Below are positions 38,601 to 51,169 of a DNA stretch of 64,000 nt, one piece after another (position 1 is the stretch's first letter; every line of letters begins with the position of its first letter). Origin of the DNA: Chiloscyllium plagiosum (Eukaryota); the NCBI RefSeq assembly GCF_004010195.1, contig NC_057759.1, positions 3,758,860-3,822,859 of the forward strand, read 5' to 3'. Below the pieces are notes generated by a model. The model did not search any database. It was not told where the DNA came from and saw only the letters and a program-made list of their open reading frames with translations. The translations under genes were made by a program, and so were the position numbers.

Positions 38601-39234
38601 GTTTCACTAAACATCTTAGCTTGTCCCACAGGGGCCAACTTGACTTCCCAGTCACTGTCTATTTTAAATGCCCTTCCCATTCGCTTTCCAAAGTGGTCAT
38701 CCTCGGCATCCTCCTTTGCCAGGCCGAAAATTGGAGGAACAACAGATACTTTTCCATCTGGACTGTCTGAAGTCCGAAGAACACTACATTAAGATCACCA
38801 ATTTCAAATAACCTCACTTCCTATCACACAACTTCGTTCTCAGCTCCTCCTCCTGCACCTTTCATTCCTCTCATTCCCCCTTCTTTTCCTGCTACCAACT
38901 GGATTAATTCCTCTCATCGACCTACCAGATTGTAACCTCTGCCTGTCTTCATGTATCCCGACTTCAACACCCTAACCCCTTTATCTGCAGCTACCCATAC
39001 AGTCACTCCAATCCAAAAGAAGGGTTGCACCCTGAACATTGACGTCTCAGCCTCCTGATGCTGCCTGACTTGTTGTGTCCTTTCAGCTGCCGACTTGTCT
39101 GCCATGGCAATTACCTCAATAGTCTTTGATTATGGTGCAATCCCACCTTATGCTTTCTATCCACAACAAACAATAAACTTTATTTTGGATTGCTAAAATT
39201 TTGACATCCGATTTCCCCGAATGGAAATGTGAGA

Positions 39235-41365
39235 CATAGAGTTCTATAGCATGGAAACAGGCCCTTTGGCCCAAACTACTCCATGCGACCAAAATGTCCT
39301 TCCACGCTTACCCCATTTCCTGGCACTTGGCTCATATCCTTCTAAAATGTTCCTATCCATGTATTTGTCCAAATTTCTTTGAAATATTGTTAATGTACTC
39401 GCCTCAGCCACTTCCACTGGCAGCTCAATCCATATGCATACCACCCTCTGTGTAAAGCAATGCCAATAAGGTTACCTTTTATTCTTTCCCCACTAACAGT
39501 AAACTGATGCACCCGAATCCTTTATTCACCAACCCTAGGAAAGTGACTGAATGGTTTCTTCCTATCCATGCCTCGCATGACCTTATCTACCTCGACAAGG
39601 TCCACCCTCGGTTTCTTATGCTCCAAGGAAGAAGTTATGCTGGTCTAACCTCTCCCTATAACGTTGACCATTGTGTCCAGACTTCATTCTTGCAAACTTC
39701 TTCTGCACTCTTTCCAATTGAATAACATCATTCCTGTAACAAGGTGACCAAAACTGAACAAAATACATCAAGTGTGGCCCAACCAATGTACTGTATATAC
39801 GCAAGTTAAATTCCCAACTTATATATTCAATGCCCTGACTGATGATGTGTGCCAAAGGCCTTCTTCACGGCCCTCTCTACCTGTACCTCCACTTTCAGAA
39901 AACTCTGAACTTGAACTCCAAGATCACTCTGTTCCATTAAACTCCTAAAGGCCGAATCATTCACCATTAAACTGCTACATTAAGTTGACTTTCCAAAGTG
40001 CAAGGCCTCACACTTATCTATATTAAACTCCATTTGCCATTTCTCGGCTCCCTTCCCCAGCTGATCAATATGCGATTTCTGATAACCTTCTTCACTGTCC
40101 ACAATAACGTGTCATTTTCGTGTGATTTTCGTGTCATCAGCAAACTGACTAAACATCCCTTGTACATTCACATCCATATCTATGGTATAGATAACAAACA
40201 GCAATGGGCCCAGCACCGACCCCTAAGGCACTCCACTTGCCAGAGACCTCCAGTCCGACAAGCACATTTCCCTTAGTACAATTCCCTTCCTACCTTCAAG
40301 TCAATTTTGTGCCCAATTTGCCAAGTCGCCCTGGATTCGGTCGAATCTAACTTTCCAGAGCAGCCTACCATATGGAACCCTATTAAAGGGTTTATTGAAA
40401 TCCATATAATCTACATCTACTGCCATGCTCCAGGCAACCTTCTTGGACACTTTATCAAAAACTCTAAGAAATTTGTGAGACATGATCTCCCACTCACAAA
40501 GCCATGCTGACTACTCATAGTCAAACTCTGTCTTTCTAAATGCATGTATATCTTATCTCAGAATCTCCTCAAGTAACAGACACACCACAGATGTTAAGCT
40601 TACTAGTCTATAGTTTCCAGGCTTTTCTTTGCAGCCTTTCTTGAACAACGGCACGACATTCGGCGCCCTTCATTGTTCTGAGACCTCATCTGCGGCTAAC
40701 GATGATGCAGAAGTGTCAGCAAGGGAGCCCACAATTTCATCCTTAACCTCTTACAGTGTTCTTGCATATATCAGATCAGAGCAGAATATTTTTCCGCCTT
40801 TATACATTGTAGTACTGTACATCCAACACGTCAACTGTGACATGGACTGTCCCCAAGATGTCACCAGTACCTTCACCTAGTTCCCAAGACTTCATGTCTT
40901 TCTACATTGCAAAGAAAATGGAGACATTTTAATTGAAAACTTTGCTCATCACCTCCGGTTTTACACATATATACCCACTTAGGTCCTTGAGGGGCCCTAT
41001 TCTCTCTAGTTTTTCTTTTTATCCTTTAATATATTTGAAGTACCTCTTTGGATTCACCCTAACATTCTCAACCAAAGCTATCACATGTCCGCTTTTGGCC
41101 CTCCTGATTTCCTTCTTCAGTAAACTCTTGGATTCCCTGTATGCATTCACATATTCGCTCGATCCCCGCTGCATTTACCTGAGACATGCCTCCTCGTTAT
41201 TTCTTGTCACAGCCTCAATGTCTCTTGTAATCCAGGGTAACCGATTCCTGCCAACCTTGTCGTTCACCCTCACAGGAACACATAGACTTTTAACTCTATT
41301 TATCTCACTTTTAAACACGTCCCACTTGCCAGAGGTCCATTTGCCTGCAAACAAAATTCTCCAAC
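39235..41365 (-). mobile_element. CR1 LINE, about 2.1 kb, degraded
   Basis: PWITRDIEA, VDVDYMDFNKPFNRVPYGRL and LVGPHLMYFVQFWSP on the minus strand. Confidence 0.9.
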
Positions 41366-41884
41366 CTTCTGTCACTGTTTCTTACCAAGATTCCCAAGAG
41401 ACATTTTCTGGCTGTGTTCAGCAATCAATTTTCTTTGGAAATCTTATGCCCGTCTTATGTGAAAAAAAAACACAGCCATTTCATTTTTAATTTTATCCAT
41501 GGGCAGCATCAACAGAGTCAAAATTCCAGTGCGGCAGGTTGGGATTAGTGTCGGTAGTTTATATACTTTGGCGGGACAGACGGGATGAGCTGAAGAGCTG
41601 TTGCTGCAATGTAAGAGTGGATGATTATGTGATTCTATGATGTCCCAGCATACAGTCCCGACGACCGGGAGCTGCTGCCTTGTCTTGTTGTATACTCAAT
41701 AATGCACCTATTTGTGAACCACTGTCATTGGAAGTTTGAAATTTCAGGGACAAGAAAGAAATCTACACAAAAATAACCTTCAAGGAAGTTGTGATTGCTT
41801 GAATTCGTTACTGAGGATAATGAAACGCTGTCTGCACTGCTGGCTATGATTTCTTTTTTGGACATCTACAGTAAGGGAAGGTGA

Positions 41885-42110
41885 TTGCTTAGTGATATTC
41901 TGGGTGGACTATTAAACTAAAGACCACAGGAATATATGTGGGAATCAGTTTCGAATCCCATAACTGCAAATGTTGAAATTTCAATTCAATACAAATCTCT
42001 AATTTGAGTCTAATGACGACGATGAATCAATTGTTGGAAAAATCCATCTGGGTTACTCATACCATTTAGGAAAGGGAGCTGCCACCCTTATCTGGTCTGT
42101 CCTAAGTGTC
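41885..42110 (+). mobile_element. Degraded Meta-domain-like tRNA-SINE
   Basis: gtttcgaatccc B box and aaatccatctgggttact core. Confidence 0.65.
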
Positions 42111-42124
42111 TATCAAGTCACTGA

Positions 42125-42920
42125 ATTGCTTATATAGTGTCCACAGGCCTCATTTGGATGCAGCTCCAACAATTTGGGCGGCACGGTGGCACAGTGGTTA
42201 GCACTGCTGCCTCACAGCGCCTGAGACCCGGGTTCAATTCCGCCTCAGACGACTGACTGTGCGGAGTTTGCACATTCTCCCCGTGTCTGCGTGGGTTTCC
42301 TCCGGGTGCTCCGGTTTCCTCCCACAGTCCAAAGAAGTGCAGGTCAGGTGAATTGGCCATGCTAAATTGCCCATAGTGTTAGGTAAGGGGTAAATGTAGG
42401 GGTATGGGTGGGTTGCGCTTCGGCGGGGCAGTGTGGACATGTTGGGCTGAAGGGCATGTTTTCACACTGTAATGTAATCTAATCTCATACTTGAGAAGCT
42501 TGATACCATTCAGAGGCAATTGATTGGCATCACACCCTCAAACATCCTTTCCATCCATTACTGGTGGTTAGTAGCATCAGGGTGTACTATCTACAAGATG
42601 CACTGCAGAAATTCACCAAGCCTTTTTGGGCAGTACCTTCAAAGCACATGTCCATTTTCGTCTAGATGGACAAGCGAACAGCATCCATTGCGATTTTCAT
42701 TCTGAGCCAATCACCATCTGACTTGGAAATATATCACTGTTCCTTCAGTGACACTGGGTCAAATCCTTGGAATTTCCTCCGTAATGACATTGTGTGTCTA
42801 CCTACCGCACATGGACTGCAACAGTTCAAGAAGGCAACTCGCTGCCACCTTCGCAAGAGGGGAAACTCGGAAAGGAGGCAATCAATGCTGGGCCCAGCCA
42901 GCAGCACCTACATCCCCTGA
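42125..42920 (+). mobile_element. L2-clade LINE 3' fragment split by HE1
   Basis: CTIYKMHCRNSPSL remnant and ggcaatcaatgctgggcccagccagc tail. Confidence 0.75.
42176..42485 (+). mobile_element. Full-length HE1 SINE
   Basis: Complete head, V domain and taatc tail. Confidence 0.95.
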
Positions 42921-43479
42921 GAAAAGTAAAAACAAGGTGAAACGAGTTAACGTCTGCATCTATATTGACTTTGTTCTCCGTATTGATTTGCAATAAGACG
43001 AAACACGTACACAATTTGTTGTGCACTAAATTGAATCCTCCTGAAATGTCTCTGGTTTCACGAAGACGTGTGTAGATGCAGAGAAAGGTTGTGGAAAATA
43101 TCCAGAATAACAAAATAAAAAACTTGTGCAGCGGTTATCACATAGTTGAAACGACAACAGCACAGCAAAAGGATAAATATCGATGTGCATTTTAGATACG
43201 GTCACAAGGAGGAAACTTTCCTGCTTAATTAAGGGATCAATGACCAAGGGTGGGGCACAGATTGTAAGGGATAAGAGGTTTACCGGGAGATGTCAGGGCA
43301 AACGCTTTCACCCAGAGTGTGATCGGCCATTTGGAACTCACAGCCTATTCTTATAGTCTGGCGGTCTAACCCCGTACAGATTGTCAACCTTAACTGTACA
43401 ATCACCTCAGGGGTTAGTGTGGGGAAGTCGATAAGGAGATGCATCTTGATAGAAACAGTTTAGATTAAATATAAACAAG

Positions 43480-43700
43480 TCAGACAACCAATTACAATTT
43501 TACAGATGACCAATTCAACTAAAGGCATTGTAGTGAGTGACACACAATCTGAATTGATGATTTGATGGAGTGATGCAAATAGTTTGGCGCTGTCCAGCAG
43601 TATGAACAGGACAATGTTGGTCTGCTGTCCACTCTGCATGTAAACGATTTGAAAGCTTCTACAATACAGCTCGGTAGCTCGTACCAAAGAAACCAAAGGG
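43480..43700 (-). pseudogene. Possible relic Ig C2-type exon
   Basis: After a ccacaag acceptor, phase-1 reading gives IVEAFKSFTCRVDSRPTLSCSYCW...VCHSLQC with stops downstream. No canonical DxGxYxC. Confidence 0.25.
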
Positions 43701-44049
43701 CTTGTGGAAGTCAATGGTTATTTGCACAATTTTAGAATCATTCATTTTACAGGAGAGAAAGAAGCAAGCTCACTTTGCATTATGTGCAATCTCACATCCA
43801 GGACTCTGAATGATACTGAGGACAAATGTTGCTCCACATTTAATACTGTGCTACACATTTCAGGCAAAGTTCCAAGACATTTTCTAAGGGCATGTGCTTG
43901 GCAGAAACTGGTTGGCATCCATAAGAAATCACCATCCAATCGTTGGACTCCTCGATGTTCACAGCATGGACAGAGGCCATTTGGTCCATCCTGTTCTGTG
44001 CTGGCCAACCAATAAATATTTACAGATATCCTGTTTAACAGCTCTTGAT

Positions 44050-45360
44050 TCACAACTCAAGTCAGAATCTAAAAACAGTCCTAGAATGCACCCTGTGCCT
44101 CCTGCCTCTCACCCTATTATGGATGCCATGGTTCACTTTCCCATGGGTTCCGTGGACTTTATTTTTCCCTTCAGTATATCATGAGATGCCTTATCAAAAG
44201 TCTCACTGATGTCCATATATCAACTCCATAATTCCCATCAATATTCCTGGTTACCACATCAAGAAATCCAAACGAATTTGACAGACACGATCATTCAGTC
44301 GGTGGCAGGAGATGAGTTGGAGAATATTGTTGACCAAGAACAAGCATGTCGAGTTATTACAAATCATCTGAGATGCATCCAGATGTGAAAAGCTGGATTT
44401 TGTAAATAAACTCAGTTTGGATTTAAAGTGAGAGATTCTATATAATGTCTGAGCGGGAAAAAACAATCCATCAGATTGTAGAATTGTACAGTACAGAAGA
44501 GGCCCTTTAGCCAATTGAGACTGTACTGCTAAAGCTTCTCTGTGTCCACAAGAGTCCAAGCACTTTATAAAACCATAAGAAATAGGAAAGGAAGTAGGCT
44601 ATTTGGCCCAACCAATTTGATCTGTCTTGTCCAAGTTGTTTTTTGAAGTTGGGATGTTTCCCGCCTCAACTACCCTTCTAGACAATGCATTCCACACACT
44701 CTTCACCCTCTGGGTGAAGCAATCCAACAATCCCCCTCTAACCCTCATGCGTGTCACTTACAAATTGTGAAATTTGATCTTAAATTCAATCAAACAGTAT
44801 GCTTTCTTAAATTCCTTATTAATCTGATGTACCATCTTCTGAGATCTGTGGATAATCACCAATATCCCTCTATTACGCTGAACTTCCTAATGTCCTTGAT
44901 ACATTGATTGAAAGGGATCCATTTTGTATCCCATTATCCTATTCCTTCTTCCAAAGTGCACCATCTCCCATTTATCGGAGTTGAAATCCATCTGTCCATC
45001 TGACAATGTTCAGTCTGTTAAAAGCTCAGGGACTTCTTTTGACATAAATGCAGGATCTGCCTATCTTACCAATTTATCTATATCTAAATATAACGCAACA
45101 CCTCCGTCTTCATTGCAAACTACCCTACCAATTGTTGTGGCATCCACAAAACCGATTTATTTTTCCCCACACCTTCTCAATGAAATTGTTTATGAATATT
45201 GCAAAAGTAAGGGAGCCCACACTGAAAACTGTGGTACCCCACTGTACAATAATCTCTAGCTACATAGCCTTCTACCACACCACCATCACATCCCCCAACC
45301 TCTGACACGAGGCCAATTTTGGATCCAACTTGCAAATGCACCCTGAATCTCATTTGTTTT
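44050..45360 (-). mobile_element. Degraded CR1 fragments
   Basis: ccaaagtgcaccatctc and ccaattttggatccaa reverse-complement CR1 RT motifs. Unique sequence lies between about 44290 and 44480. Confidence 0.65.
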
Positions 45361-45469
45361 TACTTTCTTTCTCAGTCATGAATGTAGGCGGAAGAGTTTT
45401 GTGTTTATTGTGGCAATTGTTCTTCCTGTTGGATAAATGTGTGGTATACTGGGTCAGAGGATGGTTATC

Positions 45470-45895
45470 TATGATTATAAATGAAACTTGATCAATTGGG
45501 CCAATGGGCCGAGAAGTGGCAAATGGAGTTTAATTTTGTGAAACATGAGGTTTTGCGTTTCAGGAAAGCAAACACAGTTAATGGTAGGGACCTGGTGCGT
45601 GATGTCGAAAAGAGAAACCTTAGGGTAACAAGTACAAAGTTCCTTAACAGTTGCGTGATAGATAGACAGGGTGGCGAAGAAGGTATCTAGCCCGCTTGAC
45701 TTCACTGCTCAAATCATTGAGTACAGTAATTGGGACGTCAAATTGTGGTTGTAGAGGTTGATGGTGAGGCCACTTTTAGAATACTGCATTCAATTCGGGT
45801 CACTCCGCCATAGGAAGAATATCATTACATTGGAAAGGGTAAAGAAAAGGGCAAAAGGGACGGTTTCCGTGCTCTGTTAATCTATGACTCTATGA
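45470..45895 (+). mobile_element. CR1 fragment
   Basis: LDQLGQWAEKWQMEFN and tail. Confidence 0.82.
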
Positions 45896-46294
45896 TATGA
45901 GGAGAGAAGTACATTCGACTGAAAAACAATTCCATCACTTTCAATGTGACCGTTGTGATCCTATTTCCAGGCATTTTGGTTGTGGTTCATCCACTGCAAC
46001 CATAAGTTGGCTTGCAGTACTCATGTGCCTTCATTGTAAAAGTACACTCATGTTGAGTTGGAAAAAAAGAGCAGTTTTCACAGCACAGGTTGAAAACCCA
46101 GTAAGGCCTTTTCTCTTATCAGCAAAATGAAAAATATATCTCAATACGTGTTATTGGCACCTGGAAATATAACTGCTGCCTTTTCCTTCAATCTCTGCCA
46201 CACTGAGGAACTGCGGCAGACCTGCTTGTTTGTGTTATTGCTACAATGTTGTGCCATGCGTTCCTCATTTGACACTGTGAATGACAAACAGAAA

Positions 46295-46780
46295 AAATAG
46301 GAGCAGCAGTAGGAAAATGTCCTACTGGCCTGCGATTCCCCCGTCACCCGCTTCGGCTTCGAAGAACTCTATCCAATTCCTTCTTGAACAACATTCAACA
46401 TTCTGGCCCCGACAATTTTCTATGACAAAGAAATTCACAGGCTCCCTATTCACTTAGAAGATATTTGAACTTATCTCACTTCCACCCATCTGCTTTAGAT
46501 TGCAATCCTTTGATCCTGGATTTTCTACTCAACCCCCAACCTTGCCCTCAAACCCCAGTCCCACCCTGGTCATCAGGAACATCCTTCCTTTGTTTATCCC
46601 TGTCTTCTCCGGTTAACATTTCATAGGTTTCTCTGAGATATTCCCTTTTTTTTAGTATTGTCGTGAATATAATTATTATCCATCCAGTGTCCCTTCATTC
46701 ATCAGACCTGCCAAGCCAGGAAACAAGCAGGGAAACCTTCCCTGCACTCCCTCCGCAGCTAGAAAATCTTTTCTCCACTA
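46295..46780 (-). mobile_element. Old CR1 3' fragment
   Basis: aataggagcagcagtagg tail start. Confidence 0.6.
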
Positions 46781-46834
46781 AGAAGAAACATAACAGCATA
46801 AAGCATTGCACACAGTAAACAAAAATATATCCCC

Positions 46835-47375
46835 AAATATAAAGCAAAGAACTGTGGACGTTGAAATTCTGAAACAAAAGCATAAATTACACGAGACTCT
46901 CAGCAGGTGGGTGGGAGGGGGGGGGGGTGGTGGAGAAAGAGAGCGAGAGAACGAGAGAAAAAGCTTATCGTTACAGAATATAAACAAAACGTCATGTGGA
47001 AGCTCAATAGCTCTGGCATTAGTTTGGAGACAGACATTAAAAATAAGTTAACATTGCATGTAATAACTAACATTTCTTCCTGTCTACTCTATCTGTGCCT
47101 TTCATACTTTTATTCATCTCATTTATGTCCCTCAATTTCTTCTGCTGAAATAAAAACAATCTGAGTCTGTCTAACCTGTCTTGGTAGATGAGCTTTCCAG
47201 CTCCAAGACAACATCCTGTTAAATGTCTCTCTGCAGTAGAGTCACTGGAAACAAAACATTAACTCTGTTACTCTCTCTCTCTCTACCCCATTGCAGATGT
47301 CGTCATACCTGCTGGGTTTCTCCAACACTTTCTGTGTTTGTATCAGATGCATGCTATCCGCACAATTTCATTTTT
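46835..47375. mobile_element. Inverted pair of degraded PLE termini
   Basis: Minus-type end at 46835-47050 and plus-type end at 47230-47375. Confidence 0.5.
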
Positions 47376-47504
47376 TAGAAGAGCACTCTAATCCTCTTGC
47401 AGGCGTATGTGCAAACTATGACATTATTTAATTTAATCAATGAAACAGAATACATGAGGGAACAGGAAATTTCATCCCAAGTTCTACAACACCACGAAAG
47501 TAAA

Positions 47505-48385
47505 GTAGATGTGATCTAAATGGACTTCAGTAAGGCGTTCGACAAGGTTCCCCATGGGAGACTGATTAGCAAGGCTAGATCTAACGGAATACAGGGAGAA
47601 CTAGCCATTTGGATACAGAACTGGCTCAAAGGTAGAAGACAGAGGGTGGTGGTGGAGGGTTGTTTTTCAGCCTGGAGGCCTGTGACCAGTGGAGTGCCAC
47701 AAGGATCGGTGCTGTGCCCTCTACTTTTTGTCATTTAATAATGATTTGGATGCGAGCATAAGAGGTACAGTTAGTAAGTTTGCAGATGACACCAAAATTG
47801 GAGATGTAGTGGATAGCGAAAAGGGTTACCTCAGATTACAACAGGATCTTGACCAGATGGGCCAATGGGCTGAGAAGTAGCAGATGGAGTTTAATTCAGA
47901 TAAATGCGAGGTGCCGCATTTTGGGAAAGCAAATCTTAGCAGACATATACACTTAATGGTAAGGTCCGGGGGAGTGTTGCTGAACAAAGAGACCTTAGAG
48001 TGCAGGTTCATAGGTCCTTGAAAGTGGAGTCGCAGGTAGAAAAGATAGTGAAGAAGGAGTTTGGTATGCTTTCCTTTATTGATCAGAGCATTGAGTACAG
48101 GAGTTCGGAGGTCATGTTGCAGCTGTACAGGACATTGGTTAGGCCACTGTTGGAATATTGCATGCTATTCTAGTGTCCTTCCAATGTGAAAGATGTTGTG
48201 AAACTTGAAAGGGTTCAGAAAATATTTACAAGGATGTTGCCAGGGTTGGAGCATCTGAGCTACAGGGAGAGGCTGAAGAGGCTGGGGCTGTTTTCCCTGG
48301 AGTGTCGGAGGCTGAGGGGTGACCTTATAGAGGTTTACAAAATTATGAGGGACATGGATAGGATAAATAGACGAAGTCTTTTCCC
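47505..48385 (+). mobile_element. CR1 (HER1-like) RT fragment running into a gap
   Basis: MDFSKAFDKVPHGRL, GVPQGSVL, KFADDTKIG and RGDLIEVYKIM. Confidence 0.95.
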
Positions 48386-48534
48386 NNNNNNNNNNNNNNN
48401 NNNNNNNNNNNNNNNNNNNNNNNNNNNNNNNNNNNNNNNNNNNNNNNNNNNNNNNNNNNNNNNNNNNNNNNNNNNNNNNNNNNNNNNNNNNNNNNNNNNN
48501 NNNNNNNNNNNNNNNNNNNNNNNNNNNNNNNNNN
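48386..48534. other. Assembly gap
   Basis: Run of N. Confidence 1.
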
Positions 48535-48767
48535 GCTTCCAAATAAACCAGTTGGCCTACAACCTCTTCTTGTGTGATTTTTATCTTGGTCCATGACAAT
48601 TCAACGCTGGAACCTTCAAATCATGAATACCACAAAGAGTATTTTAATATGTGGCAAAACTGCATTCTCACGCATGCAAAGTTTAGCATATTTTTAATCA
48701 CATTATAAAACTTCATTTTTGAGTAAGGGAAATTATGCATAACTTTTTTGAGGCCTTGATAGGAATG

Positions 48768-49570
48768 GAGTCATAAATATATACAGCACGGAATCAAGTC
48801 CTTCAATCCAACTTGCCCATGCCAGTCAAATTTAAGCTTAACTAGTCCTATTTCCCTGCACTTGGCCCTTAAAAACTTTCATATCCATGTCCCTGTCCAA
48901 ATTCCTTTTAAATTGCACCCACCTCTCACACTTCCTTATATGCACCAGCCTCTGAGTGAATGTCGCCTCTTAGGTCACTTTTAAACTTTTTACCTCTCAC
49001 CAAAATATGTCCTCTGTAGTTTTGGACTTTCCTATTCTGGGGCCATGACCTTCGGTATTCGTGATCTGGTAAACTTCAATTAGGTACCCTCCCCCCGCCC
49101 CGCCCCATCCTCCGAAGTCCAAAGGAAACTAAGTCCCAGTCGATCCAGCCTCTCATTTTAACTCAAACCCTCCAATTTCAGTAACATCCAAGTGAAGCTT
49201 TAGAGCATAATAACATCCTTCCTACATCAGGGAAACTAGAACTATACACTGTACTCCAAAACTTACTGCTTCCTGACAACTTCTGAGGCACGGCCCTCAT
49301 TTATCTTCTTGGTCACCTCTTAAAAAAACACACAAAAAAATTCATGACTCTCAGGTTCCGACGCACAAAAGCACACTGTCTATTCCTCATCATTCCGTGC
49401 CTCTCTAAATACATGTAAGTCCTATCTCTCAGAAGTCCCTCCGACAACTTAGATGCCACTTGAGTTCACACTCACTGGAATATAGTTCCCAGGCTTTTCC
49501 CTTCCTCAGTAATGGCATAGTCGTCCTTTGTAAGGCCTTTGATAAGGTTCCGCATGATCGACTGCTTATT
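48768..49570 (-). mobile_element. Degraded CR1 fragments
   Basis: Reverse-complement tail and ORF2 pieces; a short plus-strand KAFDKVPH piece lies at about 49530. Confidence 0.7.
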
Positions 49571-49584
49571 AAGTTAAAAGTTAA

Positions 49585-49885
49585 GATTAGATTCCCTACA
49601 GTGTGTAAACAGGCCCTCCGGCCCAACAGGTCAACACTGACCCTCCGAAGAGGAGCCCACCCAATCCCATTTCCCTCTGACTAACGCACCTAGCACTATT
49701 GGCAATGTAGCATGGCCAATTCAGCTGACTTGAATACCTTTGGACTGTGGGAGGAAACTGGAGTACCCGGAGGAAACCAACGCAGGTAAGAATGTGCAAA
49801 CTCCACACAGACAGTCAGCCAAGGATCTGGAATCGAACCTGGTACTACGAAGCAGCAGTGCCAACCACTGAGCCACCGTGCCGCT
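49585..49885 (-). mobile_element. HE1 SINE
   Basis: agattagattccctacag tail through to ccactgagccaccgtgccgc head. Confidence 0.9.
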
Positions 49886-50069
49886 CCACCTTGCAAGAAG
49901 GAATAAAACAAATGAATGGCAGGACACGAGGAACTCAGAGAAACATGGGGATCATGGGATGTTTGTAGACAGATCACTGGAGATGGCGGTACAAGTTAAT
50001 CGAGTGTAAAGTAGGCACACTTGGCTTTATCAGTCAAGGCATCAGTTCAGTTCGATATGAACAACTTAC

Positions 50070-50130
50070 AGCAATTTCCACAGAAAAAAACGAAACCAAA
50101 TAGAATTGCTGAGGAGACTGTCTCTTCCAT
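50070..50130 (-). CDS. Putative signal-peptide (leader) exon of a secreted or membrane protein
   Basis: ATG...MEETVSSAILFGFVFFCGNC plus 1 nt, then a GTAAGT donor (61 nt, phase 1). Confidence 0.45.
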
Positions 50131-50504
50131 GTCCCAAACAATTTCACAATGTGCACAGTCAGTTGCCCACTTCATTTCGACGTTATTGCTTGTGGAAGTG
50201 TAATGTTGTCGCGCTGCAGCTAATGGGACTGGTTTAGGAGAGATAGGTGCAACTCGCATTACTCAGAACACAGTGTATGTTTGTAAGCTGCTTTTGGCAA
50301 ACAATTCTCTTCCGTTTCGTGCATCAGGCAGAACCCTAAAATAACCTCAGAGAGTCTTCAGGGACCGTTATGATTTGATATTCTTTTAATGGCATTCGAC
50401 TCACTGGGACTTTTGCTTAATCTGGACGTCATTATCAGTCTTTTGCTTTGCATGCAGATCTGAGTTTCAAAAGAAGAAGTTGATATTATTCGATTGGAAG
50501 CCAC

Positions 50505-50663
50505 TTCACCTAACCTGCATATTTGGGGACTGTGGGAGGAAACCCACACAGCCACGGGGAGGATGTGCAGACTCCACACAGTCAGTTGCCTGAGGCAGGA
50601 ATTGAATCCGGGTCTCTCGCACTGTGAGGCAGAAGTGCTAAGTACTGTACCACCGTGCCGCCC
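50505..50663 (-). mobile_element. HE1 SINE 5' half
   Basis: Head and partial V domain. Confidence 0.88.
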
Positions 50664-50827
50664 ACAATATTTAAAGTCGATGACAAGCGTTGACTTTGAA
50701 ACATACTCATTAAAGATGCGTGTTGCATGGTTTTGTTTAGAGAACAAACAGAGGAAAACGGACTTCCAAAACACCAATAAGCAAATAATATTTTCTGAAT
50801 TAACATGCAGCGCATGTTCCAAGTTTG

Positions 50828-50998
50828 TAGTGCTGAAAAAGCACAGCTTGCCAAGCAGCATCCGAAGAGCAGGAGCCTGATGAAGAGCTTACGTTCGAAA
50901 CGCCAATTTTCCTTTTACTCCGATGCTGACTGACAGGCTGTGCTTTTCCAGCACCACACTCTTCGACTCTGGTCTCCAGCATCTGCTGTCCTCAGTTT
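50828..50998. mobile_element. Degraded PLE palindrome with a hammerhead-like core
   Basis: Inverted arms around CTGATGA-A-GAGC(TTAC)GTTC-GAAAC. Confidence 0.75.
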
Positions 50999-51169
50999 TT
51001 GCTGTGCTGTGCATGTTGCCCTATACACGACAAGCGGAAAAAAGCAGACGCAGTGAACTTCGGACATTGAACCTTCTTCATCTAATCAGTAGGATGTTTT
51101 TTTTTTCTGATCGTGCATTGAAAACACATTTGCTGTCATGTGATTACAATTTTCGCTCTTGTAATGAGG

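Larger units (their letters stand above)
36900..39105 (+). mobile_element. PLE fragment interrupted by CR1 and Rex1
   Basis: FTCNYKICKTCRHT...SFQVTRRFAC...YIRETNCKL to about 37405; resumes at about 38605 with RKLEEQQ and a pLTR end. Confidence 0.8.
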
